The notes beneath the pieces are model-generated. The model searched no databases. It was not told the origin of the DNA and saw only the letters and a program-made list of their open reading frames with translations. Shown in pieces: positions 1 to 12,200 of a stretch of 64,000 bases of DNA (the stretch's first letter is position 1; each line of letters begins with the position of its first letter). The DNA comes from Lama guanicoe (taxonomy: Eukaryota): positions 14,249,644 to 14,313,643 of the forward strand of contig MU055600.1 in assembly GCA_013239625.1 (NCBI GenBank). The letters are read 5' to 3'. A program made the position numbers and the translations under genes.

Positions 1-1385
1 AAAGGCTCAACTTGTTTAAGTGGCAGTTTGAAAAATTTGAAACCTTTTTTTGGAGACGTTCACATCTTGGAACATCCCATTTCTCATGATCCTACAAGGA
101 GGAGGAACTGCGCACACATGGCGCTGCGAGGGCTTCGCCTTAGTAACGTTTGGTTTTTTACCATAATGTTTTCTACTGGCGCAGGAGGGGTGTTTAAGTT
201 CTCCTCCAGTTTTCATAGGGAGGGAGTTTTCTAAACACCCCGGGACCCGCCTCACCCCCTCACTGGCGCCTTCTGGGGGAAGTGGGGTGACTCATTTGGT
301 GGGGGTGGGCATACAGGTCAGTCCACAGAGCGGGCACCTGGTCTGCCCCGTGAGCCCTAAGTCCTGGGGGCTGGGCTCCAGGTGGGGAGCCCACGATGGC
401 TCGGCGCCGCTCAGGGCTGGGCAGGTGCAACTGGGGCTGGTCTGGGGAAGCTCGGATGACCAGCAGCCATGTCATCATTAAGACTGATCGTTCCCTCTGC
501 ACATGCTGTCTTGTGTGCCCCACCATTGGTTCAGAATTGATGTGGGAAAAGGGGGTGCTATTTCCTGCCTCCCTGAGCCCCAACATTTTGACGTACACTT
601 CTGATTTTCAAATTTGAATTTTTCCTTTCATCAAATCGATAAAGCCGTATCTTTCTTAACAAGTAAGAGACAGCGTCTCCTATTTCCTTATCATTGAGCT
701 CAGTTCAAGAATGGAAAAATGGCCGTGAAATGATCCTTTACCCCGAGGCCCCAGAGGGTTGGCTGGCAACAGCTTTATCGCTTTGGAGCTGTGTTGGCAT
801 TCTTAAGAGGTTAGAACTCTGTTTTTAGGGGAGGAAACCAAATAGCTCCCTGTCTCCGTGAGCAGGTAATCTGTCCCCATGACATCTCTACTGAATAGAA
901 CCGGTGCAGTTCAGCAAAAGGCGGGAGGGCTCTGGGTACAGTTAGGCGTGGCCTCCAAACGAGCCACGCCAAGTCTGTGCCATGGTCTCTGAGCAAGTCA
1001 TTCCTGTGTGCCCTGTGCCTCCTGCCTTCATCTCTAAATCAGGGGTAGTATCACCTGCTCCAGCTGAGTGGTAGTAAGGAACTGAGGTCATGTACCACGT
1101 TTGCTCAATTCTAAGATTCACTGCTTTCACTTTTTTTCTGAAATAGGTATATACCCTACAATCCACGTGCATATTAATAGAGTGTTTATTTTACTCCTAA
1201 AGCTTCACAGCTTTAAAAAAAAATGTCATCCGTGGACGGTACAGTCTGCCTTAGAATGGCAGTGCCTAGGAAAGTATTCTACATTAACCGGCACGCGCTG
1301 CATGGTAGTTCTTAGGACTACTGGAAAGGCTGGGGGACAGAATGAGAACGGGGTGCTTTCCCACAGCCGGGTGGGGGCTCCTCAC

Positions 1386-1571
1386 CCTGAGTCCTCATCC
1401 CAGTAGTAGTGGCTCCTGCCGGGATAGCTCTGCTCCGTTTTGTCCATCTGCGAGGTCCTCACGAAGATGCCCGTCTTGGACGTTTGCTTCAGCAGGCGAT
1501 TGTGAACATCGGAGAGGATGGAAAAGGTGGTGCCTTGCGGGTAGCAGAACCCCACTCGGATCCAGTCGCCC
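1386..1571 (-). CDS. CEMIP: CEMIP coding exon 23
   Basis: GDWIRVGFCYPQGTTFSILSDVHNRLLKQTSKTGIFVRTSQMDKTEQSYPGRSHYYWDEDSG; ggttgtag| ... AGG|GTGAGG; 186 nt. Confidence 0.97.
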
Positions 1572-4500
1572 CTACAACCGGAAGTGCATTCAGGTTACAA
1601 GCAAGGATGTCCAGGCCCCCGGGCCTCCTGGGCATGCCTTGGAGAGAGACCAGAGAATTCTCCAGCAAATGGCACCTCTACTTTCCAATGGGGAATTTTG
1701 AAAGAGCACTTGCTGTGTGGGTCATGATTGGGTCAAAGAGTGTTCCAGGACAGTGGGAGAGATGGAGACTGCAATGAATGAGGAGGACCATTGGAGGGGG
1801 TCGGTCGGGGGCTCCCAGGATGTACATTGGGTGCTCCATGTGGAACTTTGGCTGATGTGAAAGAGGGCTGGAGTGAAAGAGTCAGGATCTGTAGGACCCA
1901 GATTCAGACCCTTCCTGGTCCAGCCTGATTGTGGGACCCATTTCATCTCTTTAGGTCTCACCTGCATCTGATAAATGTCTGTCTCACAGAAATACTGTGA
2001 TCAGTCAATAATGTGCATAGAAAATACATGAACAGAAATATATGACGCCCTATCCAGACGCCCTCAGCTTAATTCCTTGGCCTCGCAGCCTCGTTTCCCG
2101 CTCTGTAAAACGGTAGCGACAGCTGCCAGGCATGTTTAACCATATATCGAGCACTTCGTAAAGCCGGGTCCTGGGCAAAATGCCCAGCCTACGCTGCCTT
2201 GCTCGATCCTCGTTACACTTCTGCCAACTATCAGTATCCCCATCTCCCAGATGAAGGAACTGAGGTTCCAAGGGGGTAGATGCCCTGCCTGAGGTCGCCC
2301 ACACCCAGAAAGGGGGCTCAGCCCAGGTCTTCTGATTCTTAACCCCTAGGCGATGTCAAGCCCTCTAAATCCGTCCTCCTGCAGGGATGACATGGGCTAG
2401 CCTGAGGCTCCGTGAGCGGTAAGCCCGGGACCTTGCAACGAGGCTTCGTTATCACCGCCGCCTGGAGCTCCGTCAGAGCAGCGGTCCCCAGGTCACACTG
2501 CTCCCGCCAGGCACCCACTCACTTGTTGAAGTTTATGAGCCAGATGATGAGCTCGGCGGGGGCCGTCTGGTCCCAGTGGATGGTGTAGCCCTTCTGCAGG
2601 GTGATGACTGGCTGGTACTGCTGGTAGTGGGTGCTCCTGGCCAGGGCCCCCTCCAGGTAGAGAGGGTGGCTAGGGAAGTCATTCTTGATGATCTTCATTC
2701 GCAGATTACTGGTCTTGTAGGCCTGAATATACATCTTTTAAAACCCAAAAAGGAAACACACAACGGGGCAATTACAAGGGATTATTCCAAGAGCGTCTGG
2801 TTAACATCTGACTACAGACTACACTTTCAAAGGCACTTTCTCTGAACAGAGCTCTTTTTAGAAAGCTTGAATGAAAGGAGGCCAAATAAGGGGGCATCTC
2901 TTTCTGCTGGTGAAGGCAGCCCAAGCCGTACTGTGCGATCCAGCTAAAGCTTTCTGCACATTTTCAAAAAAGTGCTCTGTTGAGGAGAGACCAGTGGAAA
3001 CTTGGGGGGAGTCTGCTTAATAGTCAGCTGGCAAATTTTGGGAAAAGGCGGGGACTCAGGAGCTAAAGGAAGGCAGAGAGGGGGAGAGAGAATTTTGACA
3101 CTTCTGCTGCAAACGCAACTCCCCTTTAACTGGCTGTTGTCCTGCGTGAATTTGAGAAAGAGCCTGGGTGTGCGGCTCTAGGTCTTCCCCTGATTCTCAG
3201 TGTCTGGCCCTTGTGGTCAGTCCATGTGCCTGTCAGTACATCCCGGGGAGTGAATGACATCTCATTTCAGAGAGAAAAACCGAAAGCAAGACTGTCAGCC
3301 ACTGAGTCCCAGGGACCGAAGAGCCCTCTTTGTTGAAAACACTGTGACCTGTTTGAGAACCTGTCTCACATTCATCAAACGACATCCTTGTAGCTGTGGC
3401 CAAGATAGACCATCACATTAAGGGGCAATAATGTTGTGCCTTTGGAAGGAAGGGGTTATCTTCGCCTCCAGTTGTATTACATATAAAATGGGAAGAGAAA
3501 CTTTAACTCCACCCTCAAATGGAGCTGTCATGAGTATCAAGAGCTTAGAGAAACATTAAAGCATTTTGTAAGCTGTCAAGTGGAGGGAGGAGGTTATTAC
3601 TAATAATTAGCCAGTAGCCTGGTTGTCATAACCTGGCAAGCTCTAACTATCAGCCTTTTTCTACACAAGATAAACACTATGGGAAAGAAAGGGTGGGCGG
3701 GAAGTTCAAGATCAAGGCTCTGCATGGGATGCCTCGCCCTTGAATCAGGGATGCTGTGATACTGGCAGAGTGTGGCTGCAAGGCTTAAGGGCTTGGTCAC
3801 CCTTTAATTATTCGGGTCATGACTCCTGTCTCTCAGCTCCTTTCTGACTCCACTTCCCTTCTTATCTGCCCCAGACCATCACATCAACTGCTCGCTCCTG
3901 TAGCATCAGATCCCTTGCCCTGTGCACACACGCAGCAGAAGCCTCAGCCTGGGTTGTTCCACGGGTCCCCCCTCCGCTGCCAGGGCTCTGGAACAGGGCC
4001 GAGAAAACCCCACAGCCTGGGAGAGCGGTGCCCCTTGCAGGGGGCCATCGGCAGCCTCCACCGGCTTTCAGCAGGGCCCGGCATTCCTTCCCCACGCCCC
4101 TTGTCAGCATTTTCCAGTCTCGGTGGCAGCCCTTCCCAGCCTTATCTCTGTCTGCAGGCCACCCGGCTCAGGCCCACGCTCCACCCTCTCAGTTCACGAC
4201 CTCACCCTCCACTGTGGAAAGAAACTCTCTAGACTTCACCAGCCCCGCCTTCCTCTGGGCTCCGCCGCTGCTGCTCCCACCCCCGCTGGCACCTGCTCCG
4301 AGCGCGCCTCTCCCCCAGGTCCCCCACTTGGCCCCCAGGAGCCCTTTCCCCTCACGGGCAGTAGCCCCCTCCCCAACCCTCCCCAGACTCCAAACCATCT
4401 TTAGCTTTTTTCTGACACCCGGATTGCTGATGGTGACAATGCCTGCCCGTAGGGCGGTTGTGAGGACAACTTCGTGCTTAGTTTCCGTGCCCGCTCTGGG

Positions 4501-6263
4501 GCCACCTGGCTCACCGTGCCTCCCTCCTATCTGACAGCCCTTCATTTCTTTGGGTCTCTCTTCTCCTGTTCATCTATTCCTCAGTCGTTCCTCCAAATAA
4601 TATCAGGAACAATAATACAGTGACATTTTCCCATTGCAGGCACTGCCCCTGCCTGCCGGCCCATACTGTAGCCGCTGGCCACGTGCAGCTGCTGGGCTCT
4701 AAAAGTGGGACCGGTGTGGCTGAGGACCTGAATTTTACATCTCATTTTAATTAATTTAAATTTCAAGCCAAAGACAGTGCAAAACAGTTGTCCGTGAAAC
4801 GCAGCTTTACTGTTGGGGTCGGACCAGCTGTTGCTTTGATGGAAGAAAATTTGCATCTAGGTTGAGCGGGCTATAAATATGAAACGTGCTGTGGATGTCG
4901 AAGGCTTAGGGCAGGAAACAAACATAAACATAAAGAATGTTCCATTCATGATTTTTTTATATTGGTTACATGTTGAGAGGATAGTATTTTGAATATATTG
5001 AGTTAAATCAAGTGTATCATTTAAATAGATTTCTCCCATTTCTTCTTCCTTTTTTAAAAAAAGTCTTTTTTTAAACCTTTGTTCTTATTTATTTATTTTT
5101 GGGGAAAGTAATTAGGTTTATTTATTTTTATTTACTTTTTAATGGAAGTGCTGGGGCTTGAACCCAGGACCTCGTGCATGCCAGGCATGTGCTCTCCCAC
5201 TGAGCTGCGCCCTCCCCATTCTTTTTCCTTATTAATGCGGCTACTGGAAGATCTGAGATCACGTCTAGGGGAGGGTATAGCCCAGTGGGAGAGTGCATAC
5301 TTAGCATACATGAGGTCCTGGGTTCAAGCCCCAGTATCTCTATTAAAAAATAAAAAAAGACCATGTGGACGGCTTGCACTGTATTTCTGGTGGAGAGGGC
5401 TGGTGAGGCACTCTGCGGGGGCCCAGCTGTTACTCTGCCCTCACAGATGAGGCACACAGTAAGTGCTGGGGCCTGACCTCACAGAGCTCCTTCTCTAAGC
5501 ATTTTGCCTACAAAGTGTTTTCACTTAGATTTTTTTTGAAAATCCTATTGAGTGAGAAGAAAAAATAAAGAGAAAGAAAGAAGAATACAAAAGAAGCCTC
5601 CATCTCTTTCTGGCCTGGCCTAGAGGCGAGCATACAGTAGGCTGTCACTCCATGCTTGTCCCATGAGTGAGTGACCGGTGACACCCGGGGAGGTGCGCCC
5701 TGCGTCCTCACCTGTGCGTAGCGCCCGCTGCAGATGGCGCCTCTCCAGTCGGGAACGTCGATGCAGTCTGGGTGCCGGACCAGCCAGTTATCGTCCTTGG
5801 TGAGGTAGGACCCCGGGTACTCGGACACCGAGCCATCGACATCATGGAACACTGATGTCTTATCCCCATCCATGTCCAGCTGGTTGAACCAGGGCCCAGG
5901 CTCTCCGAAGAACACTCTGGAAGTAATCTAAACAGAGCCCAGGAAAGTTAGGCTGGGCCAGGCAAAGGGAAGCTGCAGCCGTCATCGGGCCAGGGCGAAG
6001 TTTCCGATTTCCGCTGACATTACAAACCAGCCAAACCAAAGATGCTCTGGGGCACTGGAGGAAACCACGCAGCTGACCTCTCAGATGGAGCCAGCAAAAC
6101 GGCCAAAGGTTCACTGTGCCTCAACTCTCAGACCCAGCATGGTATTTTGGCCTCTGCTCACTGGAGGGTTGGCTGCTGTGTGTGACCCTGGAGAGCGTTC
6201 TGATACATGGCTGAAAACACTGCAGGAATGGGGGTGGTGGGGAGTGTGTGTGCGTGCATGTGC

Positions 6264-6294
<31 letters not shown>

Positions 6295-9200
6295 GAAGAG
6301 GCTGAGGTGGTGATGAATGTTTGTATGAGAAAGTATACATATAATACACACACACACACAGGCTGGGGTGGATTTGTGTGAGAAAGAATGTATGACTGTT
6401 TCAGGAAGACAGTCTTTCAACATGAGCCCTTGGAGATTTCCACAACTGACCTCTTTCAGGCCTTTAGTGGCCTAAGAAAAGAAATTAAGTAACTTGAGTT
6501 TCACATCTTTTCCCTCAGCCTGCCAGGAACTGGGCAGACAGGCAGAGGGCAGGAGGGGGGGTCTGGGAAATCTGTACCCCAAAGAGAATGCCCCAGGAGC
6601 CCTGGGCCTGCCTCGCCTCACAGGGCAGCCCTCTGTCCTGACCTCCTCACCCCCAGCTCTGGTCTGTCGGCCGGCACGGCCAGGAAGGCCTACTTATGTT
6701 CCACTCTCAGGGAGAGATTAAACAGAGCATCTTCCGCAAAGATTCCTTTGGAAACTGCTGGGGTTTTTAGATTAATTGTGCCCACTGAAGTGGGCTGGTT
6801 ACAAGACTCGGTAGGCGGAAGCCAAGCCCCTTGGAGGCACAGCCTCAGAACCTTGAGGGCAGCGAAGGTTTCTGCCGCGGCTTGGGTGCATGTTGAGCAG
6901 GGTGAGGGCAAGCGGGCATTTACCCAGACTTGACCTGTGTGCGGCAACCTACGCCTGTACTTTTCCAGTTTGGATACAGACAGATCTGGGACGTGGCCCA
7001 GCCTGCTTGGAGGAGGCTGTTCAACCCCTGCGGTGGTGGCAACGGCTCAAACTCCAGGCCCCGGGGGACTTGTGAATCACTGCCCAAAGTCTGGCTTTGC
7101 TGGGAGCCTGCCGCGGCGCCTCACTCACCGGGACGTCCTCAAAGGCAATGTTGGTCACGTTGTTATGCGGGCAGCTCTGCCAGGCGTTGTTCAGACGGAA
7201 GGCCAGGGCGCTGGTGTGCCGGCCCTCCAGGGCTGCAAACTTGCGGAAAGTGCAGTTCTGGATGTTGATGGGGCCATCGTAGAACTGAATTCCTCGGATC
7301 GGAAAATTCCTATGGCGTTAAGGAAGCCAGATGTCAGGCCGATCACCGTGTGCCACCATGCTGTTTGCACCCTCCAAGGTGGATGGTGAGAGACTTTCTG
7401 GGTAAAGCATTCCTGATTCCCACCCCCAGAAACTCCCCCTACCACAGAACACTAGTGATTCATTAATTCATTCACTGAGAAAGCATTTACACACATAGTA
7501 AATGTCAGTAAATGATTGCTGGATGAATTGCTGGATGGATGGACAGATGGATGTCTAGTTGCTGACTTAGAGGATGGTCCTCTATACAAACATTTCTCTT
7601 GATTTTTCCATCCGATAAAGAGTCATGGATAAATACTGTAAATACTACTGGAGCATGCCAGTATCAGGTCCCTTGGGAGAGTAGAGCCATTAGTCATTAT
7701 CGCCTTAGTCTGAGTTGCTATAACAATTTAATTAGTTAAGACGCTGATGAGTTTCCTCTCTGTGAGTAAGCCTTTCAGTTGGCAGTACACTGGGTTTGGG
7801 AGACCAGGGAGAGGAAGGGCACAGGATGGAAGGTGATAATGAAATGGTAAAATAACTGCGATGTAACTTTTCAAGCATCGCTAGAAGAGAGGGCAGGCCC
7901 CACCACCACCCAGGAGGACAAGACTGTGAACTGCCAGAGGACCCCAAGAGGGGCCTGAGACCCAGGAAGCAGGGAAAGGTTGTACGAAGAAGCAAAAGGC
8001 TTGGGGATGGAGGTGGAAGGGACAAGAGGAGCACTCGTGACTTGGACATTTTGCCTTGGGCCCAATGCAAGGGGTAGGGCGTTCAGAGGCTCCTCTCTCC
8101 TCGGCCACGGACTCCTGAGCAGGGCGTGGGAAGCAAGGGCCTAAGAGGGGCTGGCTTCCTGGTGGTCCTTCTTGGACCTGGCCCTAAATCTAGGCTTGCT
8201 CATTCTGCAAGCCCGATTTTTATGCTCTTACTGGTATCTCTACCTCTGGGCCAGGGCTCTCTCCTTCCACAGTGGACATAGAGAAGAAAGGACAGAAAGA
8301 GGGGAAAGCAAATAGAAAGGGGACTCTGTCCATGGGAAGCTGCTGTATTCCAGCTGCCCCCATCTTCAATGCTGGGCTCCCCTCATTCAGACACGGTTCC
8401 CTGAGGAAGCGCCTGGTCACGCCCGTGCCGGCACTGTGCCTTCAGCCGACTCCGAGGCCTTCTGGCGTTTCTGTATCTTTGTATTTGTAACTGACTGATG
8501 TCATCGCCTTGCATCCCAGGTCTCAAGGAGTGGCTCCATGCGTCTTTTCGTTTAAGGTATTTCAGGGACAGCCGGTTCTCACCAGCTCTATTATTAAACT
8601 GTGTGCTTACTTTGCCTTGGGACCCCCAACCCAGGCCCCTACAGGGTGAATCCCTCACCATGAAGACTGCACAGTCCTAGGTTTCTGCTCCCAAGTGCAG
8701 TCTGAGGAACCTGCCTGAATCTGACGGAGCTGTCAGGTCTCCATAAACAAGTGCACCTCTGGAGTCATCAGAGCAGTCTGGCCCTGGGAGATGGGTGACC
8801 CTCAGCGAAGAAACCCACATATGCAGACCCAGAGCCACTCACGAAGATGATCTGGAGAGACTGCTACATCACTTAGGTTAGACAGAAACAAGGGCTCTGG
8901 ATAGCTCGTGCCAAAGGGGCCTGTGGTTCTGTCTGCAAAACCTTTTCAAAGACACACATCCACTTGGGCTGGGAGTTTAGGCCTGTGTCCTGCCTAGAGA
9001 GGCAGGAATGACAGATTCCTAGAGAAAGAGAAGAAAGCTCAGGGGGCAGGAAGGGTTGATCTTAGCCCTCAGAGAACAGGGTCCCCCTGCTGCTTGTGGC
9101 CCAGAGTCCTGCTCTCTGGCTTGAATTCCTATCTGAGCAGAAACACCATCAGAAGGAGAGATTTCCTCACTGCTGACCTAAGCTGTGGCTTTCCAGGGAA

Positions 9201-12200
9201 CTGGCTGAGTCTCTTTTCTCTGTCAGCTCTCCGAGTAACCCCCTCCCTCCCCAACTGCTCGGTTATAATCCAGCCTCCAGCAGCAGAGAGCCCGTAACCC
9301 TCCATGTCTGTTCCCATCTTCTGGTTGAAGGTCCCCATCTGTGTGTGACACTGCTTTGAGTTGTGCCACCTTCCCAGTTATTCTCCTGTAAGTGCTTTGG
9401 TCTGTCTGTCTACTATGGTCAGAAGTGGATGAAACGCTCCAAGCGGGCGTGCTGTCCGGGGGAGAGAGGAAGCCACGGTTGCCGATCCCGGACCCTGAAT
9501 TCCCACTAACACAGCCCAGAACTACAGGTGTGTTTTGATAGCTATGTTACCCTGTTGACTCATATTCAACAGTCTTTTGACTTCTCTCCCCCATTCTAGA
9601 TTTAACTGTTTCAGTGATTTCTCTGACCAGTAGAGGACACAGGAATTCATAGTTGACAGGTACAAGTTACATACTAGCGTCTTTCCTTTCATTGCTGCCA
9701 CTTAGGTTAAGCTACACAGAACCAGGAAGCTGTCATGGTTGCAAACCTACTGGCCTATAGGGAGGGTCCTTCCGCTGTGGTCCAAGCCACCCGGGCCCCA
9801 GATCCTGTTGTCCATCATCTCCGTCCCCACGTTGCCACTCTCGCCAACAAACAAGCTGTTCTTGATCTCCTGCTTGGAGCCATCATCATACGGGAAGGTG
9901 CCACCACTGTAGAGAGAAGATGTCTGGGGTGAGATGTCCAGAGACAGCGTCCCACCGAGGGCCCAGCATGATGACAGCTGCTCTTACCTGGCCAGGGTCA
10001 GGCCGATGCCATTGTCAGCAAACCTGGGGACAAGAGCAGACAGTCAGAGTGTGCCCTTGCTGAGTGAAGCCGTGAAGGGAAGGACGCTTCCCTGCCCCGG
10101 GGTCATACTTTGGATCCTGGGCAAGGGAAAGGTCCTTACACAAGTACAGGGTTTGCTGAGGCAGCTGTGGCTCGCCCATCCTGTATAACAAAGGGATAGT
10201 CTGGGCCCCCGCCCACTCCATGTCTGACTCCAAAGAGGAAAGGGTGACTGCAGTGGCTCTCAGTGTTTGATGCCCCATTGCATTATCAGTGTGCAGAACT
10301 GGTTCCACGGGCCTCCCGCTCCAGCCCACCGTCCTCTGTGATTCCAGGGTTCAGTGGGTGGCTGGACCGGGGGCACATGGAGGGTCTTGCCACTCTCAGG
10401 GCCAGCACTGAGTAAAGCTGGGGGGCATGTGGACACAGTTCCATTTCCTCTTAGCCATCCTCACTACGATTCCAGCCACAGCGGGAAGGACAACTAGAGA
10501 GCTGATTTCTAGGTTTCCCACAGGTCAGGAAGATGCCGGCCAGGACGGGGGCAGGAAGCCATTTTGCAATTACACTGCAGCCACCTTTTGCCCCTGTCCC
10601 TTTAGAGGACCAGGAGGAGCACGCTCCTCGAGGGAGTCTGCTTGTGAGTGACAAGGGGTCACACAGAATCCAAGTGGATCGTGCGTCCGTGCTGCCGTAG
10701 GCCCCAAGGCCAAATGTGGCGGCTGCCTTTGTTTCCTTCATCCCGGGGGCACATATAACTGGCCTCCTCCCACCTGTCCCATACACCCTCCGGGCCCATC
10801 TCCTCGAAGTGCCATTCCTACCAACCACTCTCTGCTTCCTCAACTCCAGTGGCTTCCTATCACCCATAAACCTAAGCCCAGCCCTTGCCCTCAGGCTTAA
10901 GGCTCAGGTGAACCACTTTCCCTCTGCTTCAGCCACATCCTGGCTGCCTGAAGTTTCTCTGGTTCCCAGTTTGCTTCTGCTCGCCCTGCTCCCTCTCCTT
11001 CCGGACACGTGCACGTCCCCCTCTGGCTGAAGCCCATCTGGTTCAAATTAACCATTCGAAGCCCATCTTTGGGGCACTGTGCCCTACAGTTCTTTCCCAG
11101 AACTTCCTGACTCTGGTTTCCCAGTCTTCTCAAGGCTCTTCCTCATCATCACCGTCTCCCAGCGCTCTGCCCAAGATCCTCTCATTGTCCACCGTGTCCC
11201 TGGGGACTTCACAAAGACACACGGCTTCCATTCCCACCAGTCTGCTGGTGACTAAAACCAGCTCTTCTTTTCCCTGCTCTTCCAAACTCTGGGATCTTTC
11301 CATAGAGTTATCTCAAAAGCATCTCAAATTCAACACACATGAATCAGAAGTCATCTTCCAGCTAAGCCTGTTTGCTATCCCGAAGGCTCATTTTCAGCCA
11401 AGTTCTCATGGTCTGTAATTCTTTCTCATCTGGGCGACTGCAGTATGATTGGTTGTCTCTCCCACTTCTAGGAGTGCCCCCTCCCATCGCTGCCTGAACC
11501 CAGTGGTTGCTAGCATGATCCTTCTAAGAAATGGACACAGTGGCCACATGCTCAAAGTTTTGGAAGGGATCCCCATCTTCCGCCAGTCCCTGGCAGTGCC
11601 AGCCTTGCCCACTTGTGGGACGGTAACCTCGGCACCAGCCAGATCGGGGCTCCCTTGGAAGGAGTCTGGTGGAGGGTTAGAAAATCCACCCCCTGCCATT
11701 GGCGGGGTTGGGGGGCTTCACAACTCATCTTGCAGCCCTAGGTCTGGCATCTACTGCCTTCGCGGGGACCTGAACTTTCAGCCAGAACCAAGACATTCAC
11801 TGGACGTGGACCACTGCAGAGGAGTAGCCTTGGCCCCCACCTGTTTCCTCTTTCATCACCTCTCAAGTGTCACTGGGCCTCTGTTCTAGGGATGAGCAGC
11901 GTATCTCACTGACTAGCATCTTGTATTGCAGGGGAGTTCTTCCTTCTGCTGAGCTGAAATCTGCCCAGATCTGTAACTTCCGCCCTCTCGAGTCAATCGG
12001 AACAAGCCTTCCTCCTCGTGCCCAGAACGCCCATCAGGACCCCAGAACAGGCTCCCTTCTTCCCTTTTCCCTCTTCTCTGGCCCCACACAAAACAAAGCA
12101 CCCCCCCTCCCAGTTTCTCTGCCGGAGATATTCCCTTTCCATCTCCCACGTGTGTCTGGCTCTCACTGGGGCTGCCTGGTCTCCATCCCTGAGTCAGTGT

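Larger units (their letters stand above)
4640..5402. mobile_element. hAT-Charlie DNA transposon relic (MER3/MER33-like), interrupted by two SINEs
   Basis: Diagnostic segments tttaattaatttaaattt, atttttttatattggttacatgttga...ttaaatcaagtgtatcatt and aatgcggctactggaag; the relic resumes after the second SINE (cttgcactgtatttctggtggagag). Boundaries approximate. Confidence 0.7.

Noticed and set aside
3819-4545. Cluster of overlapping 120-170 aa Pro/Ser-rich ORFs
   Set aside because: GC-rich low-complexity intron with few stop codons in any frame; no homology or splice logic.
5066-5359. tRNA genes (also 14008-14159 and 63604-63767)
   Set aside because: They have A/B boxes but degenerate stems, A-rich tails and, for two copies, 15-bp TSDs, so they are tRNA-derived SINEs.
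5128-5457. Mirror-image ORFs on both strands sharing LGLEPRTSCM
   Set aside because: An artefact of translating the inverted SINE pair.
9907-9987. In-frame retention of the 81-nt intron as a protein insertion
   Set aside because: The length is divisible by 3, but the first full retained codon is TAA.
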